From contig OY781964.1 of assembly GCA_963677485.1 (NCBI GenBank), positions 4,544,001-4,608,000 on the forward strand: a stretch of 64,000 nucleotides of DNA, read 5' to 3'. Positions 19,301 to 27,327 of this stretch are shown here, piece after piece; the first letter of the stretch is position 1; the number at the start of each line of letters is the position of its first letter. The translations under genes and the position numbers were made by a program. This DNA comes from Armatimonadota bacterium (GTDB lineage Bacteria; Armatimonadota; HRBIN16). The notes under the pieces are model-generated. The model did not search any database and was not told the origin of the DNA. It was given only the letters and a program-made list of their open reading frames with translations.

Positions 19301-20787
19301 GTGCCGGTCACTGTGGATTTGGCCATACCAGGAGAACAGGGGAGCTCTCCTGCCGGATGCAACTCAACTGTGAGCTGCTCCTTCTTGTTTGCTGGGATGA
19401 GTGTTCTTTCGACTACGATATCTACTGGCATTCCGCGGCGATACGCGGCCACCACTTCGTCCACTGACACGGGATGTGATGCGACTGTTACTTCATCTAG
19501 CGTGCAATCTCGGGGTGCATTGTCCAGACTGCCAACCACGATAGAATCTGCGTCTGATAGATCAAATGCATTAGGTTTCATCGACGACCTTGGTTCCGGC
19601 GAACCTGAGCCGTTCGTGCTGAAAGCCATCGATATATCGGTTGGGGAGTATAGCATCCCGTCGAGATAGAGCTTACTCATACCGTTAGGGTCCACAACCA
19701 GAGCCACATGATGCCAGTCGCCGCGACCTAACGAACCCACGGCCCGATTCTCAAAATAGAATAGTGAGTCGGTATAGCGGTCCTTGACCTCAGCACGGAC
19801 GCTCCAGTCGTTCAGACTGAGGCGGATGATGGGTTGACCCTTGCTGTCCAGCACGCTCAGAATGTCGCCCAGTCTTTTGCCCTTTGGTGCCCAGTAATCA
19901 AAGTCTGGTTTGATCCAAAACATCACACCGGCACCCTTTGATAGCATCCCCTTCGCAGGATAACGCGGTGACTGATTCTGTTCTGCTGAGGAAAGAGCTC
20001 CAAGGTACAGCCCTCGTCCTTTTAGCCCAGTCCCACTGTGGATGGTCGGTGGATTAGTTTTTATATCATTGTTATCAAACGTTAAGTGCAGTTCATCGTG
20101 CATTTTCTTTACTCCAGTCGGACTACTATTTTGTGAAATGGTCTCATTCGGAATCAGCGGTGTGACGGTGATATTATCTAACTCAATGTCAAGGTTGTAG
20201 GAATAGATGCTCAGCGAGCCGCTCCGTGGAGCAACTTCATTTATAGTCGAGACAAACTGGTTGTTGGCATAAATGTGTATAAGTGGGCCAATGCAGACAT
20301 AGCGGAAGTGTATGAACTTAGCTTCAGCTCCCACCGTTGGTGCCTCCGGTAAAGAACCAGTTCCAATATTCCGACCGGCCTCATTCGGTACTGTTTCGAG
20401 GTATCCTAAGGCACCGGATGGCCAGCAGTAGAGCTTCCCGCTAGATTGCTTGCCCTCAATGGAGGAGGAGCGAAGGTCGACACCATAATGGCCGGAGCCA
20501 TTCACTTTCACAATCCGCGCATCGTAGTCAAGTGTGAAATCTGATATCTCTTTACAAAGGCTAAGAGAAACCACCCCGATGTTGTTGCTGGCAGATTTCA
20601 GTATTCCGCCTTCCACCCGCCATTGTGCTGGGTCCATTCCCATGTGTTGGATGGCGGTAGTTGAGTCTTCAAAAGTCTCCGATAATACTGGGTTTGCGGG
20701 AGCAGCCTGTAATTGCATGCATACCGCTAAAGATGCCAGAAACATCAGTGTCCATGCGGATTTCAGCTTATAGGATAAGTGCTTCAT
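16306..20787 (-). CDS. Large secreted multidomain carbohydrate-active protein (ConA/DUF1080-like + LamG + GH-like TIM barrel + malectin)
   Basis: Signal peptide from ATG 20787 (GAGGA SD). WHHVALV..KLYLDG (LamG); NPVHPVVR..EVVRRF..FAG and GYDDYSVSLFEKETG (GHL10/DUF187-like); C-terminal YAINCG..LFETE..YTVVLY..NAIEV (malectin). Confidence 0.65.
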   Translation of the reverse strand: MKHLSYKLKSAWTLMFLASLAVCMQLQAAPANPVLSETFEDSTTAIQHMGMDPAQWRVEGGILKSASNNIGVVSLSLCKEISDFTLDYDARIVKVNGSGHYGVDLRSSSIEGKQSSGKLYCWPSGALGYLETVPNEAGRNIGTGSLPEAPTVGAEAKFIHFRYVCIGPLIHIYANNQFVSTINEVAPRSGSLSIYSYNLDIELDNITVTPLIPNETISQNSSPTGVKKMHDELHLTFDNNDIKTNPPTIHSGTGLKGRGLYLGALSSAEQNQSPRYPAKGMLSKGAGVMFWIKPDFDYWAPKGKRLGDILSVLDSKGQPIIRLSLNDWSVRAEVKDRYTDSLFYFENRAVGSLGRGDWHHVALVVDPNGMSKLYLDGMLYSPTDISMAFSTNGSGSPEPRSSMKPNAFDLSDADSIVVGSLDNAPRDCTLDEVTVASHPVSVDEVVAAYRRGMPVDIVVERTLIPANKKEQLTVELHPAGELPCSPGMAKSTVTGTVKMTLQADNASKPLISLTKPIAIQKKFEAMDLPISSLPAGNYRLTCTTSIGGIVNVRSFPIMAYSQISPGVSTKAVKESLVAAIPVNLNTTGLLNSGGVIACQLKSGEPYLEVGEHKMDRLSFPIDIPQQYRNGRPMVLEITWPDDKIRNMGLYLYPKSDWANDRDRLEGGILAGGVNPNSGEMKTVRYIIYPWVSSYLFEARTMAPGRNAAVASVRLLTAPDHLPKLSLPTNIPAEHRMFGHVDEDQSFDYLTGSFRDLPLGAGLTDLVDATQKLVDYLDTTGQDVISYPILRYSGVQYALPGSAFSRYSLLGGYGVPSLMMDMLAARGKKYIAIANFYHLPELNGPSDRFREYEKKGYFIADRNGKTVNQPNPVHPVVRAMVLKHVQEVVRRFSKSPAFAGLNIWHLPIQFSSLEQGYDDYSVSLFEKETGIHVATSTGKDRFTERYAFLTGKKRKEWLAWRASKVSSFLYQVAAVVSSAKKGCLTYVSIVQPEDKMTTPSESETLDASKFYYEQFGLDMSALEKRNDIVTTPLRRTNTGAWKKHWDNSDSFDDEFLFSDAFGLLFHHPSKPGLTSSYNIYFESFNGSLSNDVYKSMFQNADVKPNGRHFLREFAFNLATADPSIMLVGGQPLGSAGRDEETREFAAAFRALPAKPFKDIHGAQDPVCARYLTTPEGVYVYAVNRLWTNATATITFNRKLDGVIELSSNTKTNVNSTTLTIELKPYELKSYRINRGTLPVSISCHVEAATTNWYRAKVKAVATDVQRLTDKGIAIPALTNRLNSITNAVASGRLAEAHRLLFSKMIDGEIPKLAAAAETGYLSKQAAMVRASRYAINCGSDQYYTAKNGTLFFPDDRPFAPGGYGYIEKRSGVTRDVSALRGVDDPKLFETEAYDLSGYKFTVKPGRYTVVLYLRIGYPPAQKTGANILSFTIAGQKVLENVDMYALCGENVQNVAIKTFKGILVKGNVLEIGCTQKDGIDPSARLFNAIEVIPE

Positions 20788-20882
20788 CGGATTCCTCTGT
20801 AGTATAGAATACGTCGTGATTGTCACCGGATATGAAATCACTCTTCAGCTAATGCCATTGTATCTGAGCGGAATAACTTCGA

Positions 20883-23597
20883 CTATAGCTCAGCCACCGA
20901 ATTGATCAGCACGTTGTCTAGCTTGCCTGCGAACATATGACCCGATCCATCGCCACCTATGTATATGCGCAGGTTGCCATACTCTCTGGCGGGATTACCC
21001 GATGCGGTGGTGGGTCGACTGTTGTTGACCGATATTTGAACTCGCTGTTCATCGAATTTCACCTCAACATGAGACCATACCCCCACGGGTAACGGCGCAT
21101 CGCTCGTAGCCAATATGTTGAATTTCGATGATTCAACAGACTTGGACATTTCCCGCCCGGCTTGAATTCTACCATCAGCCATGATGCGCAGCACGGGGCA
21201 AGATTGCCACCCCGTGTGGCTGATGATGGATTGTTCTTGTCCGACTGCGGTTGGAAAGATATCCATGTTGATGGTGAAAGCTCCGATGGGGAACTGGCGA
21301 ATCGGGATTTCTGCAATGTCATCAATACCGTCAAATTGAACACAGAAGCCAGGACGATCTAGACGTGGAACAACAGCCGGTGTGCGCGTTTGATCCTGTG
21401 CGTAATTCGGCACATTTACACCACTACCTGGATGCAGGGCGTTCCTACCTGCGGTGTCAGCCCACGGGTCACGACCATCAAATGTCCATTTCATCTGCTG
21501 CACCATCGCCGGATGCACTTTCACCTTCACGGTTTTAGGTGTGGTGAACGGTGGCTTGGTAAAGTATGCGTCATACCCGCCGCCGCCAACGGCCCCTCCG
21601 TCCAGCGTTTCTGCAGTTTGCAGAAGGGTAGTGGGTACCAAGGCTAAGTCGGTGCTGAATGGTGCAACCGTGTTCGAGAAGAAGAAACGTCCGTCCACCG
21701 TCTCGCATCGGACGCTGAACAGGTCATTTGTGAACATGTTGCCCACATACCACCGGCCATTCAGGTTCGCTTTTAATAAGTTGAGGCTTGGAGCCGTGAC
21801 AGAGGTGCTGTCAACCTCTGAAATGAAGAGACGACAGGTCGGCTGACCATTTGCTGCGAATAGCTCCACAGCTCCCTGCTTCAGTTTCGCCAGAACGACT
21901 ATCTGCGGAATACCACCATCAACTGTTATTCTAAGTGCCATGTTGTCATGATCCATCAGCTCAGCAGCCAGGTATCGGTAGCGGCCAAAACGAACCGATA
22001 AGGATGTCGGTGACCACTTCAGCTCGGGTTTTGTGATTGAATCTAAGGCATAATAGGCGTTCAGAAACTCACCGCCAGATGCGGTGATTTGTAGTTGTGT
22101 GTCCTGAATGTGAGTAAAACCAAGCTGATACCTCGTCCCTACTTGGCTGTTCACACCGAATGATCCGATAGGCCGGTCGTTACCATAGAGTGTGGCACTG
22201 CGCAGTTTGACTGGGGAGTTGACCGATACAGAAGCCAGAATGGCGTCTGATGATACCTTCGTCACTGTAAGTTTGGCTTGTCCATCTGACATCTCATGAA
22301 CAGGCACTCGTATGCTTGATTTGTTGGCAATCCAGCCTGTCCGCAACACAAATAACGGGAGTCGTCTTGAATATCGGCTGCTGCCTGACTGCACGTGCAA
22401 TACTGGTTCCACGACCGGGGTTTGAGCAAATGCTGCGGTGGGTATGGCCCAATCAAGCCGTTCCGCTTTGGTTCCTGAGAAGGTGCGGGAGGGCATCGTC
22501 ATTAACGTCTTGCCGGTCATAGAACGCAGCTCGAGGCGAACCGTGACCGATTTGGCGATGCTGGGAAGGGAGATGAGTTCTATGCGTTGCACGGTGCCGA
22601 TGATCTGCTCACGCTGATAAGCCAGATACAAGCGCGGCTTACTTGCTGGTTTATCGGTACCCTTCCAGCGCGATATCCACTGTTTTGTGAGTTCAGGATA
22701 GGCATGGAATTGGTAGGTCATCGGCTGAAGCGGGGTTTCGTCAAGGTCGTTCCATGTCGTCAAATGGATCCAGTTCGCCTGTTCTTTTTTGGCTTCCTCA
22801 AGGTTGTTCCAGAACTGGTCAAACCCGCGGAATCCGCTGTAGTAGTCGTTACGTCCAGAGAAAGGCCACGATCCGATGTATCCCGGCCCAAGACCTGCCA
22901 TCCAGCGGCCCGATGTAGTCAGGACGGCTCCTTTACGCAGAATAGGATAGTGCGTAGACGCTTCAGAAGGGGTCCTATCGAGTGCGTTGAAACAATAAAG
23001 CATATCGAAACAACCGGGGTAATCCTCCGGGGATTGGACATCAGCCACCAGGAATATCTCTAAACCCCGTTTTAATAACTCCTGTCTGAACGACTTCCAG
23101 TAGTCTGCCGGTCTACGGTCACCAGCATAGGTTGCTAATAGCGGCTTATCATCGATGCGAGCCAGGTTGGGCTTCTTTTCAGCCTGTTTTAGGAAGACCG
23201 CAACTTTTTCGGCGAGCGCCGGCGTGGGATCATCAAAGCCGTCAAGGCAGACCGACACCATGAAGGGGGTACCCGACGCAGCATCAAGCAGTTGAAGCGT
23301 CTGCTCAAGGAATACCGAGCCATCTACCAGGTCAACAAGGAAGCCATCGATACCCATGTTGATCGCGGCGTCTATCTCCTGGCGATAATCCATCCGTTGG
23401 TCTCCAGTAGGGTGAGCCAGAGGGAAGTCATAGTAGTTGGTTATCGCACTCGGTGTTCTATTCCAGTCAAACCATGCGACATAATGGCACCAAACAAGCC
23501 GGTCGTTCACCGACACAGGCCTCGCTTGTGAGACTGCTGTGAGCAGAAGGCACAAGATGATGAAAACTAGGCCATTTCTCCAGCGGATTCCCTTCAT
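20883..23597 (-). CDS. Secreted GH71/GH99-like (alpha-1,3-glucanase-like) enzyme with C-terminal LamG domain
   Basis: LVWCHYVAW, EIDAAINMGIDGFLVD and TTWNDLDET motifs. C-terminal QFDGIDD, WSHV and FAGKLDNV. Signal peptide. Confidence 0.7.
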   Translation of the reverse strand: MKGIRWRNGLVFIILCLLLTAVSQARPVSVNDRLVWCHYVAWFDWNRTPSAITNYYDFPLAHPTGDQRMDYRQEIDAAINMGIDGFLVDLVDGSVFLEQTLQLLDAASGTPFMVSVCLDGFDDPTPALAEKVAVFLKQAEKKPNLARIDDKPLLATYAGDRRPADYWKSFRQELLKRGLEIFLVADVQSPEDYPGCFDMLYCFNALDRTPSEASTHYPILRKGAVLTTSGRWMAGLGPGYIGSWPFSGRNDYYSGFRGFDQFWNNLEEAKKEQANWIHLTTWNDLDETPLQPMTYQFHAYPELTKQWISRWKGTDKPASKPRLYLAYQREQIIGTVQRIELISLPSIAKSVTVRLELRSMTGKTLMTMPSRTFSGTKAERLDWAIPTAAFAQTPVVEPVLHVQSGSSRYSRRLPLFVLRTGWIANKSSIRVPVHEMSDGQAKLTVTKVSSDAILASVSVNSPVKLRSATLYGNDRPIGSFGVNSQVGTRYQLGFTHIQDTQLQITASGGEFLNAYYALDSITKPELKWSPTSLSVRFGRYRYLAAELMDHDNMALRITVDGGIPQIVVLAKLKQGAVELFAANGQPTCRLFISEVDSTSVTAPSLNLLKANLNGRWYVGNMFTNDLFSVRCETVDGRFFFSNTVAPFSTDLALVPTTLLQTAETLDGGAVGGGGYDAYFTKPPFTTPKTVKVKVHPAMVQQMKWTFDGRDPWADTAGRNALHPGSGVNVPNYAQDQTRTPAVVPRLDRPGFCVQFDGIDDIAEIPIRQFPIGAFTINMDIFPTAVGQEQSIISHTGWQSCPVLRIMADGRIQAGREMSKSVESSKFNILATSDAPLPVGVWSHVEVKFDEQRVQISVNNSRPTTASGNPAREYGNLRIYIGGDGSGHMFAGKLDNVLINSVAEL

Positions 23598-23773
23598 ACA
23601 GCTCCTCGATATTCATTAGTTATTTAGTATGATATCAAGAAGTAGCATTACTCTCTGCAGATGCTGTATAAAATATCATAACCCTTGCGGCTTTTAACGC
23701 AGCATGGGGCACTTACGGTCGAATGCGTTAGAATATCACATAGAACACTCCGCATGACTTTTTGGAGACAGAC

Positions 23774-24793
23774 TTGGTTAATTCATCGAAATGGAAACAG
23801 ATCGGGTTCAAAACCCTAAAACTTCTGGGCGATGCCCGTGGGGTGGCTGCACTCATTGCTGTATTTTTGTTGGGTGCGATCTTCAGCCCCAAAGCGGTAG
23901 ACGGCTTCCCGATATTTCTTAAGCTAAACACTCAGTTCGATATTTTGTTCGAGTATGCCGAATATGGCATACTGGCGACAGGCATGACATTGGTGATTCT
24001 GACCGGGGGAATAGACCTTTCGGTTGGGTCAGTGCTTGGTTTTTCGGCGGTTATGTTTTCGTTGCTCACAGTGGGATATGGTTGGAGCCCGCTCGCGGCC
24101 ACTGGGGTGACGCTTTTGTCTGGCGCCTGTGTGGGGTTTGTGAATGGCACGCTGGTTTCCCGCTTCAAAATGCAGCCATTTGTAGCCACATTGGCCATGA
24201 TGGTCGCAGCCAGAGGAATGGCCAAGTGGTTGTCTGGCGGTATCAAGGTGCAGCCCGGTGCCAAAGAGTGGTATGCGGTTCAGACCGGCACCCCGGCGTT
24301 TCAAAGCTGGATGACTACCAAACTGCCCTATATCGGCCTGCAGCCCACGACATTGATCTTCTTGCTGGTGATACTTGTGATGATTGTGGTGGTGCGCTAC
24401 ACACGGTTTGGCCGATATCTGTATGCCATCGGGGGCAATGAAGAGGCCACTCGGCTTTCGGGCATCAAGGTTCAGTCTGTCAAGACATGGGCATATGTGA
24501 TATGCGGCATGATGGCGGCATTGGGCGGTATTTCCAACTCATCCCGACTGGAGCTGGGCGACCCAGAGGCCGGTTTCACGTATGAGTTAGACGCAGTGGC
24601 TGCGGTCGTGATTGGCGGAAGCAGTCTGCTTGGCGGACGGGGAGGCATGTTGTTTACGCTGATCGGTGTGCTGATCGTGGGGTATATCAATAAGATTCTG
24701 AGTATCAACAACGTCGATGAATCGGTCCGATTGATGGCGAAAGGTCTCATCATCGTAGGCGCGGTTCTCATACAACAACGCAAGAGCGACTGA
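23774..24793 (+). CDS. Sugar ABC transporter permease (RbsC-like, CUT2)
   Basis: GMTLVILTGGIDLSVGS, FGRYLYAIGGNEEATRLSGI and YELDAVAAVVIGGSSL motifs. TTG 23774 follows GGAG. Confidence 0.92.
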   Translation: MVNSSKWKQIGFKTLKLLGDARGVAALIAVFLLGAIFSPKAVDGFPIFLKLNTQFDILFEYAEYGILATGMTLVILTGGIDLSVGSVLGFSAVMFSLLTVGYGWSPLAATGVTLLSGACVGFVNGTLVSRFKMQPFVATLAMMVAARGMAKWLSGGIKVQPGAKEWYAVQTGTPAFQSWMTTKLPYIGLQPTTLIFLLVILVMIVVVRYTRFGRYLYAIGGNEEATRLSGIKVQSVKTWAYVICGMMAALGGISNSSRLELGDPEAGFTYELDAVAAVVIGGSSLLGGRGGMLFTLIGVLIVGYINKILSINNVDESVRLMAKGLIIVGAVLIQQRKSD

Positions 24794-24812
24794 ATTACCA
24801 GGAGGCTATCTT

Positions 24813-25742
24813 ATGGTTTCTAGAAAATCAATCGTGCTGATCGTTGCTGCGTTCGCAGCATTGACAGTGAGCGGCTGTTCTAACAAGCCGCAAACCTCAG
24901 CTAAGGGTACACCTGAAAACCCCTACGTGATAGGTATGAGCCAATGCAACCTTGGCGAACCGTGGCGTGTGCAGATGAACGCAGACCTGAAGGCTGCTGC
25001 TGCCAAACGACCTGAGATCAAGATGCTGTTCAAAGATGCTCAGAACGACACGCCTACTCAACAGAGCCAGGTCCGCGAGTTTATCGCTCAAGGTGTCGAT
25101 CTGTTGATTATCAGCCCGAAGGAATCGCGTCCCTTGACAAAACCTGTGGCTGAAGCGATGGACGCGGGCATCCCCGTGATCGTACTCGACCGCCGCGTGG
25201 AAGGTGACAAGTTCACCACTTTCATCGGTGGAGACAACATCGAAATCGGGCGTGAAGTGGGCAAGCACTTAGTGAAGGTGCTGAACGGCAAGGGCAACGT
25301 CGTCATGCTTCGTGGTCTCAGTACCACCAGCGGTGGCATCGAGCGCACGGACGGCTTCAAAGAGGGCATTAAGGGTTCGAGCTTGAAAGTGATCTTCGAT
25401 GCAGACTGCAAGTGGCTGGAGCCAAATGCCCAGGCTGAGATGAAGTCCGCTTTGTCTCGATATCCTCAGATTGATGCGGTATACGGCCAGAACGACCCCA
25501 TGGCGCATGGTGCCTATCTTGCTGCTAAGCAAGAGGGCAAAGGCCGTGAGAAGACGATCAAGTTTGTCGGCGTCGATGGCCTTCCTCATGAGGGTGCATC
25601 CTATGTCAAACAGGGTATCCTGTCTGCCACTTTCGTCTACCAGACCGGTGGGGAAGAGGCGATCGTGAATGCTCTGAAGATACTCAAAAAGGAGACCGTC
25701 GCGAAAGAGCAGATCCTTAAGACGAAAGCGATCACCAAGTAG
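24813..25742 (+). CDS. Sugar ABC transporter substrate-binding lipoprotein (RbsB-like)
   Basis: Lipobox VSGC; GVDLLIISP, GIPVIVLDR, QNDPMAHGA and FVGVDG motifs. AGGAGG SD. Confidence 0.92.
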   Translation: MVSRKSIVLIVAAFAALTVSGCSNKPQTSAKGTPENPYVIGMSQCNLGEPWRVQMNADLKAAAAKRPEIKMLFKDAQNDTPTQQSQVREFIAQGVDLLIISPKESRPLTKPVAEAMDAGIPVIVLDRRVEGDKFTTFIGGDNIEIGREVGKHLVKVLNGKGNVVMLRGLSTTSGGIERTDGFKEGIKGSSLKVIFDADCKWLEPNAQAEMKSALSRYPQIDAVYGQNDPMAHGAYLAAKQEGKGREKTIKFVGVDGLPHEGASYVKQGILSATFVYQTGGEEAIVNALKILKKETVAKEQILKTKAITK

Positions 25743-25753
25743 GGAGCTATATC

Positions 25754-27286
25754 ATGCCATCAGGGGATGTCATCAAAACCGAATACGTGCTGGAAATGCG
25801 GGGGATTAACAAAGAGTTCCCTGGTGTGAAGGCACTTCAGGATGTCAGTCTCAGCCTGCGTGCAGGCGAGGTACACGCTCTGATCGGTGAGAACGGTGCT
25901 GGAAAATCGACACTCATCAAGATACTGGCGGGTGCTCTACACGCCACATCGGGTGAGATTGTGATGAACGGCCATCCTGTTCATATTGAATCCCCTGTCG
26001 ACGCCATGCAGATGGGTATCAGCGTGATCTATCAAGAGCTGATGCTGATACCCCATATGACGGTTGCCGAAAACATCTATCTTGGCAGGGAACCCAAAAC
26101 CAGGCTGGGTACTGTCGATTTTTCAGAGATGCGCCAGCAGGCACAAAAGCATCTAGACAGGCTGAGTGCTGGCTTTTCTGCGAATAGGTTGGTGGCTGAC
26201 CTTAATATCGCGCAGCAGCAGATCGTGGAGATAGCGAAAGCGGTCTCTCACGAAGTTTCTGTGCTGGTAATGGACGAACCGACGGCGTCGCTGACCGATC
26301 GCGAGATCGTGAAGCTGTTTGAACTGATCGCCGACCTGAAATCGCAGGGCGTGAGTATCGTGTATATCTCGCACCGCATGGAGGAGATATTCCAGATCGC
26401 TTCAGTAGTGACTGTCATGCGTGACGGGCAACACATCGGTACAGAACCAATGGAACAAATCACCATGGACCAACTGGTAAATATGATGGTGGGGCGTGAG
26501 CTTATATCGGGAGCTAACATACGCGATGTTGGCAGCCGTCCTGTAAGTTTGGAGTTGAAGTCCGTGTGCAGCGATAAGGTGAAGAATATCTCCTTGAAAC
26601 TTGGCAAAGGCGAAATACTGGGACTGGCGGGGTTGGTAGGTGCGGGGCGAAGTGAGGTGGCCCGAGCGATATTCGGCGCCGATGCGATGACTAGCGGAGA
26701 GATACTGGTAGACGGAGTGCCAGTGCAGATCAAGTGTCCGTCAGATGCGATCGAACACGGCATCGGGTTTGTGACCGAAGACCGTAAATCGCTGGGGCTA
26801 GTTTTACCGATGTCTGTGCGTGAAAATACCACACTCGCCAATCTGGGGAGATACACCAAAGGGTTGTTTGTTAATCGGGCGAAGGAGACCAAAGACTCGC
26901 AGGAGCTTGCCGAATCACTGCGAACGAAAATCACCGGCGTGGAGATGGAGACCGGGCACCTGAGCGGAGGCAACCAGCAAAAGGTAGTGCTGGCAAAGTG
27001 GCTTTGCCGTCAGTGTCAGATTTTGATTTTCGATGAGCCGACCCGCGGGATCGACGTGGCAGCGAAGGCGGAAATCTATGAGCTGATCAGGCATCTGGCC
27101 GATACCGGTGTGAGTATACTTGTGATTTCGTCGGAGCTGCCTGAGGTGCTGCTGCTATGTGAACGCATCATCGTGATGCACGAGGGCAAGATCACTGGTG
27201 AGCTGAGCAGACAGGAAGCCACTCAGGAGAAAATATTGTCGCTGGCTATGAACCTGGAAAATCAGGTGTTTTCTGCAGGTGTATAA
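25754..27286 (+). CDS. Sugar ABC transporter ATP-binding protein (RbsA-like, tandem NBDs)
   Basis: GENGAGKS, DEPT, LSGGNQQKV and DEPTRGIDV motifs. Confidence 0.95.
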   Translation: MPSGDVIKTEYVLEMRGINKEFPGVKALQDVSLSLRAGEVHALIGENGAGKSTLIKILAGALHATSGEIVMNGHPVHIESPVDAMQMGISVIYQELMLIPHMTVAENIYLGREPKTRLGTVDFSEMRQQAQKHLDRLSAGFSANRLVADLNIAQQQIVEIAKAVSHEVSVLVMDEPTASLTDREIVKLFELIADLKSQGVSIVYISHRMEEIFQIASVVTVMRDGQHIGTEPMEQITMDQLVNMMVGRELISGANIRDVGSRPVSLELKSVCSDKVKNISLKLGKGEILGLAGLVGAGRSEVARAIFGADAMTSGEILVDGVPVQIKCPSDAIEHGIGFVTEDRKSLGLVLPMSVRENTTLANLGRYTKGLFVNRAKETKDSQELAESLRTKITGVEMETGHLSGGNQQKVVLAKWLCRQCQILIFDEPTRGIDVAAKAEIYELIRHLADTGVSILVISSELPEVLLLCERIIVMHEGKITGELSRQEATQEKILSLAMNLENQVFSAGV

Positions 27287-27327
27287 TGAAGTTGATGCTG
27301 CTTCCAGGCAGCACAACGGAGTATCTC

